NCBI GenBank assembly: GCA_024704765.1 | Contig: JAKMXF010000295.1 | Coordinates: 1 to 64,000 of the forward strand | Origin: Oopsacas minuta | Taxonomy: Eukaryota > Animalia > Porifera | Length of the DNA stretch: 64,000 nt | Direction: 5' to 3' | Part shown: piece by piece, positions 1 to 13,079 of the stretch | How the letters are laid out: each line of letters opens with the position of its first letter | Position numbering within the stretch: position 1 is the stretch's first letter | Notes under the pieces: generated by a model | Told to the model about the DNA's origin: nothing | Databases searched by the model: none | Seen by the model: the letters and a program-made list of their open reading frames with translations, nothing else | Translations under genes and position numbers: made by a program

Positions 1-1050
1 AAATACTCAGTGTGTGTATGTTTCATTAGATAATGAAGTAATACACTTGGTTAATGTACTCTTTCACAAACTGAGTGTCACAATATGCTATTGACTTGGA
101 CTTGTTTCTGTAGTTAAAATACTCAGTGTGTGTATGTTTCATTAGATAGTGAAGTAATATACTTGGTTAATGTACTCTTTCACAAACTGAGTGTCACATT
201 GCGATATTGACTTGGACTTGTTTATGTAGTTAAATTACTCAGTGTGTCTCTGTTTCATTTTATACTGGAGTAACTTAATTGAAATAGTACTCTTTCACAA
301 ATTTGAGTGTCAAAATTTGATATTGACCTGGTCTTGTTTGTATAGTTATATTACTCAGTGTGTGTTTGTTTCACTTTATACTGAAGTAATATACTTTGTA
401 TAGCACTCCTTCACAATTGTGTGGGTAGAAAATTGTTATTGACTTTGCCTTCTTTGTATAGTATATATGTTTAGTGTGTGTGTGTGTGTGTTCGACCTTA
501 AATTGAAGTAGTCTACATTGTATAGTACTCTTTCAGAATTATGTTTGCAGAAATTTGATATTGACTTGGACTTGTTTGTATAGTTTAAATATTCAGTGTG
601 TTTTTGTTTCAATTTATACTGAAATACTATATTTTGTATACTACTCTTTCACAATTTTGTTTTTAGAAATTTTGTATTGACTTTGAAATGCTTGTATAGT
701 TCAAATATTCATCGTTTGTTTGCTACAACTTAAACTGAAGTAAATACTTTGTATACAACTCTTTCAAAATTCTTTTTGGAGAAATTTGCTATTGATTTTG
801 ACATGTTTGTATAGTTTAAATGTTTAGTGTGTGTTTGTTTCAATGTGAACTGAAGTAATAAACTTTGCATAGTACTCTTTCACAATTCTGCGAGTATAAA
901 ATTGAAATTGATTTTGACATGTTTGTATAGTATAAATGTTCAGTGTGTGTTTGTTTCAACTTAAACTGAAGGATTATACATTGTATATCACTCTTTCACA
1001 ATTCTGTGTTGAAATTTGAAATTGACTTTGACATGTTTGTATATTTCAGG
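1..1050. repeat. Tandem repeat (minisatellite), ~118-bp unit, ~9 copies, runs off the window start
   Basis: Unit 'tactcagtgtgtgt..gtttca..tgaagtaat..tactctttcacaa..tattgacttggacttgttt..tagtt' recurs every ~117-119 bp. The first two copies are near-identical; later copies diverge progressively. Confidence 0.85.
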
Positions 1051-1399
1051 TGTACACTGTCAATTTGTTTGTTTGTAAATCAAATAATTTTATTTCGTGT
1101 AAAACTACGGAACAGATTGGTAATTGTTAAAGCGAGTGAATCAATAGCTTATACAGATAATTGAGTGGATGTCAGTAATTATAGTGGTAAGGAATATAGA
1201 TTAATTCTACATCAACGTATTGTCATATTTTTCTTACTATCATCAAGTATTTTATCAGTATATTAACTATACAAGTAATGCATTAGTATTACAATTGAGT
1301 TTTGACCAGTTTTATCCAGTCAGGAGGTTTGTGACAGAACGGTTTTTACTACTATGGTTTTTACCACATGGACAAAACCTGCCAACCCTGCTCTCATAC

Positions 1400-2241
1400 C
1401 TCTGTACATCGATGTTTGAGAAAGTCTCTATGTACTACGCCATTTTAACGGCCAAGAATACTTCGATTGACCTTGAAAATGAAGGAAAACAGGATCGAAT
1501 TTCCGCAGAAACACAAAGATTGCACTGTGGAAGATTGGAACAGAGTTCTGTGGTCGGATGAATCTCCATTCGAACTTTATCCAACCCCAAACAGACAGAA
1601 TTACCGAGTTTGGAGCAAAGATTCAGGTTCAATCGAACCCTACACAATGAAAAAATTCCTGGCGAAAGGTTATGTTTGGGGTATGATGTCTCAACAAGCC
1701 CTATCTGAGTGCATGCTATACCTCAGGGGCAAAGTAAAAATGGAGAGTACTATCGTACGAAGATTTTGGCTGGATCTTGAAAAGATGCGATCAATAGAAG
1801 AGCAAAAATGGATCGGTTTTACAGCGGGCCATGACTTCCAAGATGTCCGAGATAATTTTTATGCCAGACGGGGCTCCCGCTCATACGGCTAACTAACCTA
1901 AGAATGGTGGAAACATAATCTTCCAGCGTTTTTGCAGAGAGCGGAGTGGCCTGGGAACTCACCTAACCTCAATCCATCGAAAACTTATGGTCAATACTGA
2001 AAGACAAAGTGGAAGAGTTTGAGCAAGCAAGCACCGTGAATGTCCTTGTCAAAACTTGGAAAAGGCATGGAGTGGTATTTCAGGAAATGCTTTGCAAAAT
2101 ATGGTCTACGGTATGCCCAGGCGAGTAGCACTCGTATTAGAAAGACAAGGAGACTATATTGGGAAGTACTAATGTACAAATTGTTGTATTTTAGCTTACA
2201 TTGGAATCATTATAAAAACGATAATCCTTTGTTACACCCTG
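1400..2241 (+). mobile_element. Tc1 (DD34E) transposon, 5'-truncated, decayed transposase
   Basis: ORF 1467-1892 has WNRVLWSDESPFEL. Shifted frames give DGAPAHT and WPGNSPNLNP motifs. The 3' end reads ..ttacaccctg|TA, a Tc1-type terminus. No matching left TIR found. Confidence 0.8.
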
Positions 2242-2254
2242 TAGATGAGAATAG

Positions 2255-3240
2255 GAAGTCGCAAGTATACTGAATCAACATTATAACTATTCAAATAAGA
2301 GTAAACAACAGAATTAACTTGATAAATGATAAATTCAAGGGGTAAGATAAATATACTGAATTAACATCTTATCTGTTAGAATCACAATGGATGAGAAGAA
2401 AAAGTGGAAAATGTGCTGAATCAACGTATTAAATCATTAAATCAAAGTGAAAAAGTGAAGAGAGTTGAAGATACACTGAAACAACATGTTATTTGTTAGA
2501 ATCGCGGTGAATTAGAATAGAAAGTGAAAATTCCCTGAATTAAGATGTTGAATGGTTAAATAAATGTGGATGAGCAAATAGAGTTGAGGGTAAACTGATT
2601 AATTTCTTGCAGAGTGATGCTCAAGGTATACGAGTAAGAAAGTAGAAAATACACAGAATCAACTAGTTACATGTAAAATCATGATGAATACTTAAATTGA
2701 GTTCAAGATACATTGAATCAACTTGTTACCCATTGGAATCATGATAAATCACAATAGAAAGTTGAAATACAATGAAACAATATGTTAAATGTACAATTAA
2801 CAGTAAATAACTGAATCAACTTATTAAGTGATATATTCAATATCTAAGAGAAAGAGATCGAAAATATACTGAATCAACATGGTTAGTGATATTTTCGATA
2901 AGGGAAAATATAATAGAAAAATGCTGAATCAACTTGTTACATGTTTAAATCAAGGTGAATACAACAATTGAGTTAAAGATCCTCTAAATTAGCATGTTAA
3001 CTGTTAGAATCTGGGTGAATGAGTATGAAAATGTATATTTACTGAATCCAAATCATAAATGTGTAAATAACAGTGAATATGGAAAGGAGGATAAAGAATA
3101 ACTGAATCAACATTATAAGAGTTATATCAACGCGTATGAGAAAAGAAAATAGAAAAAATCATTCAACTCATTACGATATACGTATATCACAATGAATACA
3201 ACAATGGAGTTGAAGATACTCTGAATTAATTTGTTAATAT
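2255..3240. repeat. Degenerate ~59-bp tandem repeat
   Basis: Core 'actgaatcaac' and variants recur mostly at ~59-60 bp spacing (approx. 2270, 2357, 2417, 2476, 2535, 2654, 2712, 2811, 2869, 2923, 3041, 3101). Confidence 0.6.
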
Positions 3241-4466
3241 AGATCTTTTATGTAGCATTAAATGGTCGAGTTTAACAAAAGAACTACTTCTTCGCTTAAG
3301 TAAATTTAACAACTCGAAAACTGGGGCACCCGCTCAGGCCCTGAGGTTCCCCGGTTTTCGAAAATGCACTGGAATAATTTTGAACGTAGACCCTTTTGGA
3401 GTTTTGAGAGACATCGTGGCTAATGACAAGCATATTTACACATAATAATGACAAAAGTGCGTTCATTTCATTATGAATCAATGTAATAAATTGATTGTCC
3501 CAGAAAGATCGAGTCTCATTTTGATCTGTGAGACTTCACAACTATGTGGATGTCTAACATACAAATTCATAATATACTACATAAAGTAACAATAATAACA
3601 TTTGAATGCATAAGTGAATCTATTGCCAAATATTTTTAGAGATTGACTTGCATTAGTGTTCTGAATGCAATGATCAAGCTTATGTACTAGCGGCATGAGA
3701 ATTTATGCGTTGGTATATTTATAGAGGATTATAGGTTGTTAATGGATTAAATATTATCGGGAGAATTTGTTATACCAGAGCTAACAGGACTATTTCATGA
3801 ATTACTAATTCCTCATTCTTGATGTTCGAAATGATGTACTAAAGAATATTCAATAATTAATTCAACCGAAAATGTTTCCTGGATAGAACGTTGATGTGTT
3901 AATTTTAGCACTCAAAATTGATCAATAAGATGAAATCATGATATTATGTGAATTATAACTGCTATCTAAATCTCTACCGCTATTTTTCGGATGGCGCCTT
4001 GATGTTATATCTAGCTCCGTATTCGACTAAATCTTATGACTAATTCTTATTCATAGCCAATTTTCAATGAATAAATCAACCTATCAATAGATTCACGACC
4101 TGATTAGGTCTCATATTGATAACAAATCATGAGTTAACCATTAAACAAAATGCAGGATATTAGTTTAGGAAAAAGTCAAAATAGAAGTTCATTAGAAAAA
4201 TTCAGAATCAAAGTTTTAGACTAATTCACAACTATTAATTTAGGACAAATTCGATTTCTCATTTAAAGTGTTAGAATTCCAAGTAGCAGATTTCCCAAGG
4301 CCAAGTATTGAGCATGATTGCAGGAAGCATCATAGAAATATATTGCTATTATTAAGAATTTCATAATATTTCAATCCAATGTTCAATGAAGTATTCCCCT
4401 AATTGATTTTAACAAACTTATGATAGCATAAGATTTTGAAATATAAATTCTAATACTGAAAGCAAA

Positions 4467-5042
4467 CTACAGTGGCTGATTGAAAGGTTTTTCATCCATT
4501 TTGGAACCATGGCCCTGTGAAGGGTAGGCTCTCTCAACTAATTTTTGAATACTTGTATTAGAAACAAATTCTTCTCTAATTGGGGCCAAGATTATGTTGA
4601 GGTACTTAGCCACAGCTACTTTCAAATCTTGAGGATGTAGTACTTTATTCATGTAATCCAATTCAAGGAGAGAATAACTAGGATAGGAAAGTTGTCCACC
4701 AAATTTAGCTGGCCTATCAATAATAAAGTTTCCTTTAATCAACCGAAAAAGGACAAACTTTGTAAAAGCAAGAACGCCATTATTCTCTCTAACACCCTCC
4801 TCAGCGTAAGCATGCAATAACTTTGATTTGACATCTTGAGGAGAGTCTAAAATATCAATTTTGGAATTGGCTACTGAGGAGCTCATTTTGCCGCCAGTTA
4901 GACCAGGAATCATAGGATTCATTAGATGTAAGCGTTGTCTATAGCCAATTTTAGGAAGATATTTTTCAGCGAATGTAAAGATTTTTCTTTGGTCTACTCC
5001 GCCAAATTGAGCATCAACTTGCAAATGCTCTTCATCAAGTGC
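4467..5042 (-). CDS. YARS1: Cytoplasmic tyrosyl-tRNA synthetase, exon 3 (last coding exon)
   Basis: Acceptor ttcatatag| at 5043-5044, then [46 protein letters not shown] (class I KMSKS-type motif)..LHPQDLK..AYP; TAG at 4467-4469. Phase 0 matches the end of exon 2. Confidence 0.95.
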   Translation of the reverse strand, partial: ALDEEHLQVDAQFGGVDQRKIFTFAEKYLPKIGYRQRLHLMNPMIPGLTGGKMSSSVANSKIDILDSPQDVKSKLLHAYAEEGVRENNGVLAFTKFVLFRLIKGNFIIDRPAKFGGQLSYPSYSLLELDYMNKVLHPQDLKVAVAKYLNIILAPIREEFVSNTSIQKLVERAYPSQGHGSKMDEKPFNQPL

Positions 5043-6995
5043 CTATATGAAATTAAAAATTTGAAATACTACTATTGTCATAGAATACACGGAATTAAGT
5101 ACAGTCTATAACCGATAACTAGAATCCTCAGGGCACATCAAAATCTGTTTGAGTTACGGAAAACTGACTTAAAGCAGTGATTCTGAACCTTTATAGGCCT
5201 GAGTGACCCTTTGTCTCGAATGTGATGGCACGTACCCTCATGATACTCTGAATCATTATGCATATATATATACACCTTGTAAATTTCCCAATAAAGTAAA
5301 TACCTACCGATAATCAATAAACAAGCTATACTTTATATTAACAAATATTGATGTAGTTAACATCTGGAAAATAATTTCAGGTCGTTAAGACTTCATGTTA
5401 TCACACAATAGCCTTGATTTGTTGGAAATGTGCTAATGCTAAACACGAATAATATTGATCTAGGATTTCAAAGTTCAAAAATGAATTAGTCGACAATATT
5501 TTTGTACAAATTATCAAAAAATTGTCATAGTAAAGTTAGGTAGTTCTTGAGTTACAGCTCAAACCATGGATTGCAACTCTATGTCAATTTTCACGTATAA
5601 CTCGATAATCGTTAAAGTTAGTCATATCAAGAAAGCCAAATGATAATTCACACTGAACTTAACATACCCTAATAATACATTTTAATATGATATCTCTGAA
5701 GATCACTGCGCAATCTTGAAATAGCCATTATTGGGCATATTCAGGATTATATGTCATAATGGTACAAGGTATCAAATCAAAATATACTATCGCGATATGA
5801 GAAGTTGGGTAACAGGTGCCGTCTGAAACAGCGCGATTGGCGTGGACAATGCGGCTGTAATATGGGTTCACAGCCCATTTGAATGACGGTAACTCCGGTT
5901 CAGCTGAAATATAACTCAATTAACTAACTGCACAACCATGGATTATTCTGACCGGGTAGCGTAAGGGTCAGCCATAAAGTTCAAGACGCCTATGGGTGAT
6001 TTGAATTGTTTAGCTTGATCATAATTGGTAACAAGAGTGATGAGGGGCCACTGCGGCACCTCGGCTGCGCCCCTGTAAACAGGATCAGCCATAAAGAAAG
6101 ATGAGGGATATTAAAATCATGATTAGAAAATCTCAGAATTTGGAGGGATTTCCCTGCTGATAGAGCACGACCCACTGTCATCACAATAGTTAAGATGGGA
6201 GGAGGCTAAGATCCTAAAATTGGCGTGCCACGCATCCTATTTGAGAACCTGAAAATAGCTTCAACATATTCACCAATATCATAACTTTTGTGATTTCGAA
6301 TCAACTATAACGCAGTTCTTGTTTATAGATGGTCTAGAAATAATTGTAGTTTTAAGTCCTTCTATAACGTAGTTAATGTCTTAGTATATATATTTTGTAA
6401 CCATAATTGACAGATGGTTATCACAGTGTCCATAGCGGCGGTTTGGGCTTAACTTTTCAGATTGTACTAGACTACGGCATGGTTAGAAATAATTGACGGG
6501 AGTAATTACAATTTGTTTGTTAAATACTCAGAGAATAGTAAAAAAGTTCGAACATTGAAAAGGCTGAGTTTGTTAGAGGAAACAGAAATTAGTTCGAGAT
6601 AACCGAATTAGCAATAGTTCACGATTGTTCCACATAATTCGAATAGTAAAATCAGGGAAATGAAAATATTTGGAGATTACGAATGCTCTGGACCAAAGGC
6701 ATTCAAGAAAAGCGGATGTTGACAATATCTACGGATAAAACTAAAAGAAGGTTGGGTTCAATGTATTCTAAATTTATCCAAAATACTTTGATGTTAGTTA
6801 GATAAGCATAAAATTCGTTTGATGAAAACTTTTGAATACCAAAATAGGTAGCAAATTTGGCAACATGTTGGTAGCTAAATGTCAATATCCGCATGTAATA
6901 ACTGATTAGTTTATTTACATGAATCGTTACAAAATAGCAAATCAATAAGTTAAAATCGTGCAACAGTTTGGTGACTATAATAAATATTGGAGCTA

Positions 6996-9071
6996 CAGTC
7001 AAACCTCCAATAGTGAACACCTCTCATTAGTGAACACCTCCAAATAGTGAACACTATATTCTGGTCCCAAATATTTCCCTATCAAATAATATTTATAAGA
7101 ACCTCTCTTTAATGAACACCTCTATACTGTGAATAGTGAACACCTTATTTGAACATTTCATAAGTATCTCAATTAGAATGAACCTCCAATTAGTGAACAT
7201 GGGTCAGGTTTCTGAATACAAAATAAACAGTGTTATATGAAAAGCGTGAAAAGATAATGTCACATATGCATATACTACTAATAAGTTATCAATTGCCAAC
7301 GTATAACGTACTAATACGTAGTTTAGAATTACTCTACCAACTCAGGTTATTTTAGCCATCTATCCGTGATGTCACTAAAAAGGAAAAATCTTACAATATC
7401 CGAAAAGCTCAATGTAATAGAATTTGCCTCAACGCACAGCCAGCGTGATGTAGCTGATCGATTTGGTATATCTGTGGGAGCCGTAAATAACATTCTTAAG
7501 AAGAAACAGGAAATCCAAATGGCTTGCGAAGAAAACTGTAACCCACAAATGAAGCGAGTTAGATTGTCTAGTCATTGTGAAGTTAATGATCTTATTTGGC
7601 AGTGGTTTGTAACAGCTAGATCAAAGAATATACCAATTTCAGGACCTATCTTACAAGCAAAGGGCATAGATTTTGCCGAACAACTAGGTATACCATTCAA
7701 AGCCTCTAATGGCTGGTTGGAAAAGTTCAGGTCAAGGTACAATATAGCATTCAAGACACTATGCGGTGAAAGTGCCAGTGTTGATCCGGGGACTGTTGAT
7801 ACATGGAAGCAACAATTACATACGATAATAGGTGGTTACAGCCCTGAAGATATTTCAATTGTGAGGGAACAGGTCTCTACTATAAGGTTTTGCCAACTAA
7901 GTCTCTTGTAGAGAAAAACAAAATTTGCAACGGAACAAAGACGTCAAAGGATAGGTTGACAATTCTTTTGTGTGCGAATATGTCGGGTACGGAAAAATTG
8001 AAACTATTGATGATAGGGAAAAGTCAGAATCCTAGGTGCTTCAAACACATGGACTTTAGTCAAATGCCGGTGCAATGGAAAGCAAACAAAAAGGCTTGGA
8101 TGGATAGTAGTATATTTGGAGAATGGTTGAAGGATATCAACAATAAAATGAAGCGACAAAAGAGAAAGATTCTTGTATTCATTGATAATGCTACAAGTCA
8201 TCCTCATTCAGTATTTAGTAATATTGAGTTAAAGTTTTTTCCTGCAAATTGTACATCCCAATTATAGCCAATGGATCAAGGAATTATACAGTCTATGAAA
8301 CTTTCTTATAGGAAGATCCTCTTAATGGATGTACTAAGCAGAGTTGAATCTTGTGATTCTGGGCAAGGACTAATTAAATCGATCACAGTTAAGCATGCGT
8401 TGTATTGGGCAGCCCAAGCTTGGGAAAATGTCAAATCTGAAACTATTCAGAAATGTTTCGCAAATGCTGGATTTGGTTTCTATGAACACGCAAATCTTGA
8501 CCATGAAGAAAATATCCAAAATATGATTGATGATTTGTCTTCCAGTCTTGGAATCGAATGTTGTTCAGGAATTAACTTCATGAATATCGATGAAGAGAAA
8601 CAATTACTGCATGCATATACTGATGATGATTGGGAAACACAGCTAATAGAAAATTATTTATCACCAGCAGACAATGAAACATTAGAATTGGATGAAGAAA
8701 GCGACTCAGATATTCCAATCTCAAAAGCTCCAACAGTAAAAGAAGCACTGTATTCATTGGATGTAATAAAGACATTCAGCAATAACGACAGTAAGGTGTT
8801 TGGAGCTGTAATGAAAGCTGAATCAGCAATCAAAGAGCTAATATCAGAAGGAACATGTCAAAGGCAGTCAAAACTTACTGATTATTTGGAGAAAATTAAT
8901 TAATAGCTAAAAACACATTAACATTGCATACTTAAATCATAATACATTTCATATAGCTTATTAAAATTTCATTGTTATACTATTTCAATGTAACCTCTCA
9001 TTAATGAACACCTCGCTATAATGAACAAAAAAATCGGTCCCGAGGGTGTTCACTATGGAGAGGTTTGACTG
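6996..9071 (+). mobile_element. pogo/Tigger DNA transposon, full length (2076 bp)
   Basis: TIR CAGTCAAACCTC(C/TC)(A/C)ATAGTGAACAC at both ends, TA on both flanks (6994-95, 9072-73), and several subterminal AGTGAACAC repeats. Confidence 0.92.
7369..8903 (+). pseudogene. Tigger transposase (psq-HTH, CENP-B HTH, DDE_1), disrupted
   Basis: RKNLTISEKL; FKASNGWLEKFRSR; SKDRLTILLCAN; ILVFIDNATSH; SQL*PMDQGII. There is a 1-nt frameshift near 7853 (NCDETG motif altered) and an in-frame TAG at 8265-8267. Confidence 0.9.
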
Positions 9072-9261
9072 TATATATATTCAGAAGGCAAGGAAAAAGT
9101 CAAACGATAAGATTATAATATATTTCGGAATAAATTTAGGTCAGAATTGATGAATTACTTGGAATGCTAGAAAATTTCATCATTTGATACGGTTAAAACA
9201 TGCTAATACTTCAAATTTGGGCACTTGTTAAATCTACTAGATTCAACATTATACAGAAATT

Positions 9262-9531
9262 TTAAGAAGAAAGAATTTTCTGTATTGTGACATTTTTGTC
9301 CAGGCCTAATTCTAGGACATCATAAAGTGCTGATTCTAACTCCACATCGCTTGAAATGATCTTGTTGGGAAACAACCATAAGTCACAAGGTATAAGTGAA
9401 GAGAATATGGCAGATATGATAGCTTGGGCGCCAATACTCTTAATATACTCCATTGTCAGCGTGGCCTTAGGTACAAGTGCATTATCATTGTGCAAATTCT
9501 TTTCTTTAGATCTAGGTTTTGGGATATCCAA
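9262..9531 (-). mobile_element. Decayed mariner transposase C-terminal fragment
   Basis: ORF contains LHNDNA..PCDLWLFP..VELESAL, with an apparent internal deletion. No termini found. Confidence 0.5.
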
Positions 9532-10521
9532 GTGTTATCTTTTCGAATAAAGGCCTTCAAACCTGTGTATACAACTTGGTAGTTATTGTAATATACATTT
9601 TCAGTAGAACACAAAAATTAATCCATGAGGGCTAAATCAAATGGCATACATCCTTCTACCAATTGTAGGGAACCAATTCAATTAAACTGGTCGCTGGTCA
9701 AGTTGAAATACCTAAACCTTAGCTTATTCTTCAGGAAGAAGATCTTGATGGTGTATTCTAGTTAACCCCTAGTAACCATATCGATACTTCGCCTACCATA
9801 ATCTGAATTGTATTTATGAAACGTAAAATGATATATTTCTAGAACTGTCTCCACAGTGGTTAGAAGCAATGAATAGACAAAATATTGATTCCGTATTTGA
9901 TGGTTTTATTTCATTATATATTGTTTAAATGATTCTCATTAAAAATATCTAAGCGATTGAGACCTTAGAAGCTGTGAAATTTCTTAATCAAAGATGCGAA
10001 AAATTTACAGGAAAATTGTGGCTTCATGATTTCTAAATTTAGCCACAATTTCAAATCAACCTGTAAGAGCAATTACATAATGGAATGTTACTAATCTCGT
10101 ATACATTATACATTTCGACTATGCTAATTCTAAATATCTTGTTTCCATGACTGTATTTTGTATATATTTCGTGCACATAATATTTCTAAAATCTAGTAAA
10201 ATCCGTACAGAATTTTTACAAAGAGCAATACTTAAAGTGTCAGGAAAAATAATAACACAAAACAACAGCGCAAAATGAATCGGATACACGCATTACGATT
10301 CCTAAAACATAATCTAAAACCACAAGACCCGAAACAGTGCGCAACCTATAATTTTCAATTACATTCCATTACAACATTTCGTTGCTAGGAAATTCCCATT
10401 GTAGCATACTGTAACAATGGAATGAGATAGTATTGAATTTCGTTCTTGAAATTTATTATAGTAACTTCTATATATAATCTACTGAATAACACAACATATA
10501 TAACAGAATTTCTTGAAAACA

Positions 10522-12575
10522 ATGACAGAAGAGCTAACTTTCTCAAAGTCCCGTCTTGAATTGGCAAGAATCCTGAAAGACAATAATAATTGTCTCGAAA
10601 AAGACAAAATATTCAAAGAAGACTTTGAAATAGACTCTGATAATACGAAACTCTTGGAAACGTTGCTGTTAAGAATTCAGGACAGATTCAAGAAGGCGAA
10701 GAGATCTTTAGATTGTTTAGAAGGAGAATGGTGGCATTCTAATATTCCATGAAACCTGAGTTAAAGAAAAATCGTGTTTCTGATTTACTAGAGTCGTCTT
10801 CTGATGTTGGTGAAGTTCCCATTTATTCAGTGAGTTAGAGGAAGCATCTTGATAATCTCTCCCTGCAGCAACAGCGTATTCGATTGTCAAGCCTGCTAGA
10901 ATGCATTAAGTCACTCTCAGTTATTGAGAATACCACAGAATAAGCATTGCAGCACTCTCATTACAACTATTGGCAAATGAGGAGAATAATCGTCAGGTTG
11001 CTACGGTAGCCAAAGAGATTATTGTCAATGGAGGATTCTGTAACCTCAGTAACAAGCATGTTCTAGTTGATAAAGCCTTATTCCTGCGGGATTTACTTGA
11101 AGTGGGCAGACGAAAATGCACTCAATTACGTCAAACACTTCTACCAGACAATATGTATTACCCATCTTACAGCAAGCTAGCTAATCTGAGAGACATCATG
11201 ATTTCGCGATCCAGTATAACTTTATATCCTAATCCAGCTAAACCAATAGGTACACACGCACCATATTGTCCTCAAGTTCAGAAAACCCTGGAAAGGATAT
11301 TGTCAATCGTAGATCGCCCCACAAGTGAAGAATTCCCACTCACATTTAAAATCGCAGATGGCTTAGATGGTTCTGTTTGTCGCACTATCTACAACCAGCA
11401 GACAACTAATACTTTCACCAAATAACTTCATTCTGTTTTGTTTCAAGCCCATCTCCATCCACACTGTAACAAACAGGATTGTTTGACAGAATAAATCCCC
11501 TAATTCACCCTTCTCTCAAATAACTATTTTTCTCTGCGCTGCGACAGAATGCGAAGAAAATATTCGTTCCTCCATGGAAACTATGATTAATCCCGATACA
11601 GCGATGTTGCAAAATGGGATTCCTTCAGAAAATGGTGTTATCAATGTCGATATTATCCGCTCAATGTTTGATGGGAAGATGGCAGCGATTCTCTCTGGAG
11701 CTGGAAGAGCCAGTTGTCAGATGTGCACTGCCACACATAAAGATTTGAAGGACCGGAATTTAGTTCTTGAAGGGTTCCCCATCAACAGAAATATCACAGA
11801 TGCAATCGAGTTATTTTCGCACATTGATGACATTGAGTCGTTCTTTGCTCTTTCGACTAATGAACGCTTCAATTTAACTCATCAACAAATTTCAGAGATT
11901 AACATACATCCAGCATCTCCACTTCATTCATACACAGGCGTATTTAGGTAAGTAATTTAGTATCCAATTAATCATTCAGAATTTATCTTCACATAATTAA
12001 ACAAATTTTAGGTGGTTCAATTTGCTGGTATATCATCTTCGCATCGAAAAGTTTACCTGATCCCCAACTTCACCAGTTCTCAAGGAGTCAATGAAATTCC
12101 TTCAAATATTTATTCAGGAGAAGACAGGATTAAAGGTTGACCTGCCTAATTCTAGCGGTACAACCAGCTAAACTGGGAATGTCGCTAGAAGAGCCTATTC
12201 TGATGAAACTGAATACCTTGAATGTATTCTGGTGCAAGGATACCTACCTTGTCATCTTAGATTCTTTCCCCTGGGCTAGCATGACTCCAACCCTGCACAA
12301 GCTCTTGGCCCATTCCGAGGAGTTAATATTGAGTCAAATTCTAGCTATGGCTTAAAGGCATTTTAGAAGAAGGCACAGGATCATGCAACAAATTAGTTAG
12401 AAAAAATCGGGAGAATTTAGCTCGTAAAGTTAGTTTTGAGAACAATATTATGGATATCTTCGTCAGATTAACCTATCAAAGTGATCCAACCTTAGTAAAC
12501 TATCGAAGAATTTTGACTTGTGAACGATGTGGTCAATCTGGACACACATCGAGATCTAAATGCTGCATGCTATGA
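10522..12575 (+). pseudogene. RAG1-core/Transib-type transposase of Transib-1 (disrupted, one intron)
   Basis: RKHLDNLSLQQQRIRL (NBD-like); FKIADGLDGS (first D); RSMFDGKM..CQMC (second D and Zn Cys); SPLHSY; MTPTLHKLLAH; EEGTGSCNKL (catalytic E position reads G); C-terminal CERCGQSGHTSRSKCC. Multiple stops and frameshifts. Confidence 0.85.
11948..12011 (+). other. 64-nt spliceosomal intron inside the Transib-1 transposase gene
   Basis: TTTAG|gtaagt...aaattttag|GTGG. Removal gives GVFR-WFNLLVYHL, colinear with the intronless paralogue in Transib-3 (TLSWFLFLICHL). Confidence 0.85.
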
Positions 12576-13079
12576 ACAATCAGAAAACTAGTGTACAGAC
12601 TTTATTCACGATTTCAACCTCAAAGACAGATTGCCTATCATGAACTTAGTATGAATATAATGTATATTTTGTAAATCAATAAGATAAATTCCATCATAAG
12701 TGTGACGTCATAACTCTATAAATACAAGCCCTACAACAAAATTTTAAGTTCAAGGTGATTGCAAGATAGGGATAACCCATATGTAATTAATAGATTTCAT
12801 GGCGATAAAGTCGAGTAAAATGTATTTATCGAAGAAAATTTAAATTTTCACATATATCAATGACGTCATCGCTTGAAAATTTTAGGTCATATACTTGTTA
12901 TGGCAAGCTGTATTGGTTCCTTATATATAATAATCTATATGTAAATAATACATTTCATATGGCTATCTCACACCAAAATAGCCATTCTTTACTAACTGCT
13001 TTATTAAATCACTCACAGTGGGCTTTTTGCTGGAAATAGCATGAAGTTTTTACCCCCTCAGAACTGTATTTCCTTATTA

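Noticed and set aside
1-1050. Tandem array as a CRISPR array
   Set aside because: Eukaryotic context, whole units are repeated without unique spacers, and there are no cas genes.
3296-3481. Short minus-strand ORF as an extra YARS1 (EMAP-II) exon or a hAT fragment
   Set aside because: No EMAP-II motifs; the hAT resemblance is too weak.
6422-6428. CACAGTG heptamer as another Transib end
   Set aside because: No partner end or TSD was found; a 7-mer can occur by chance.
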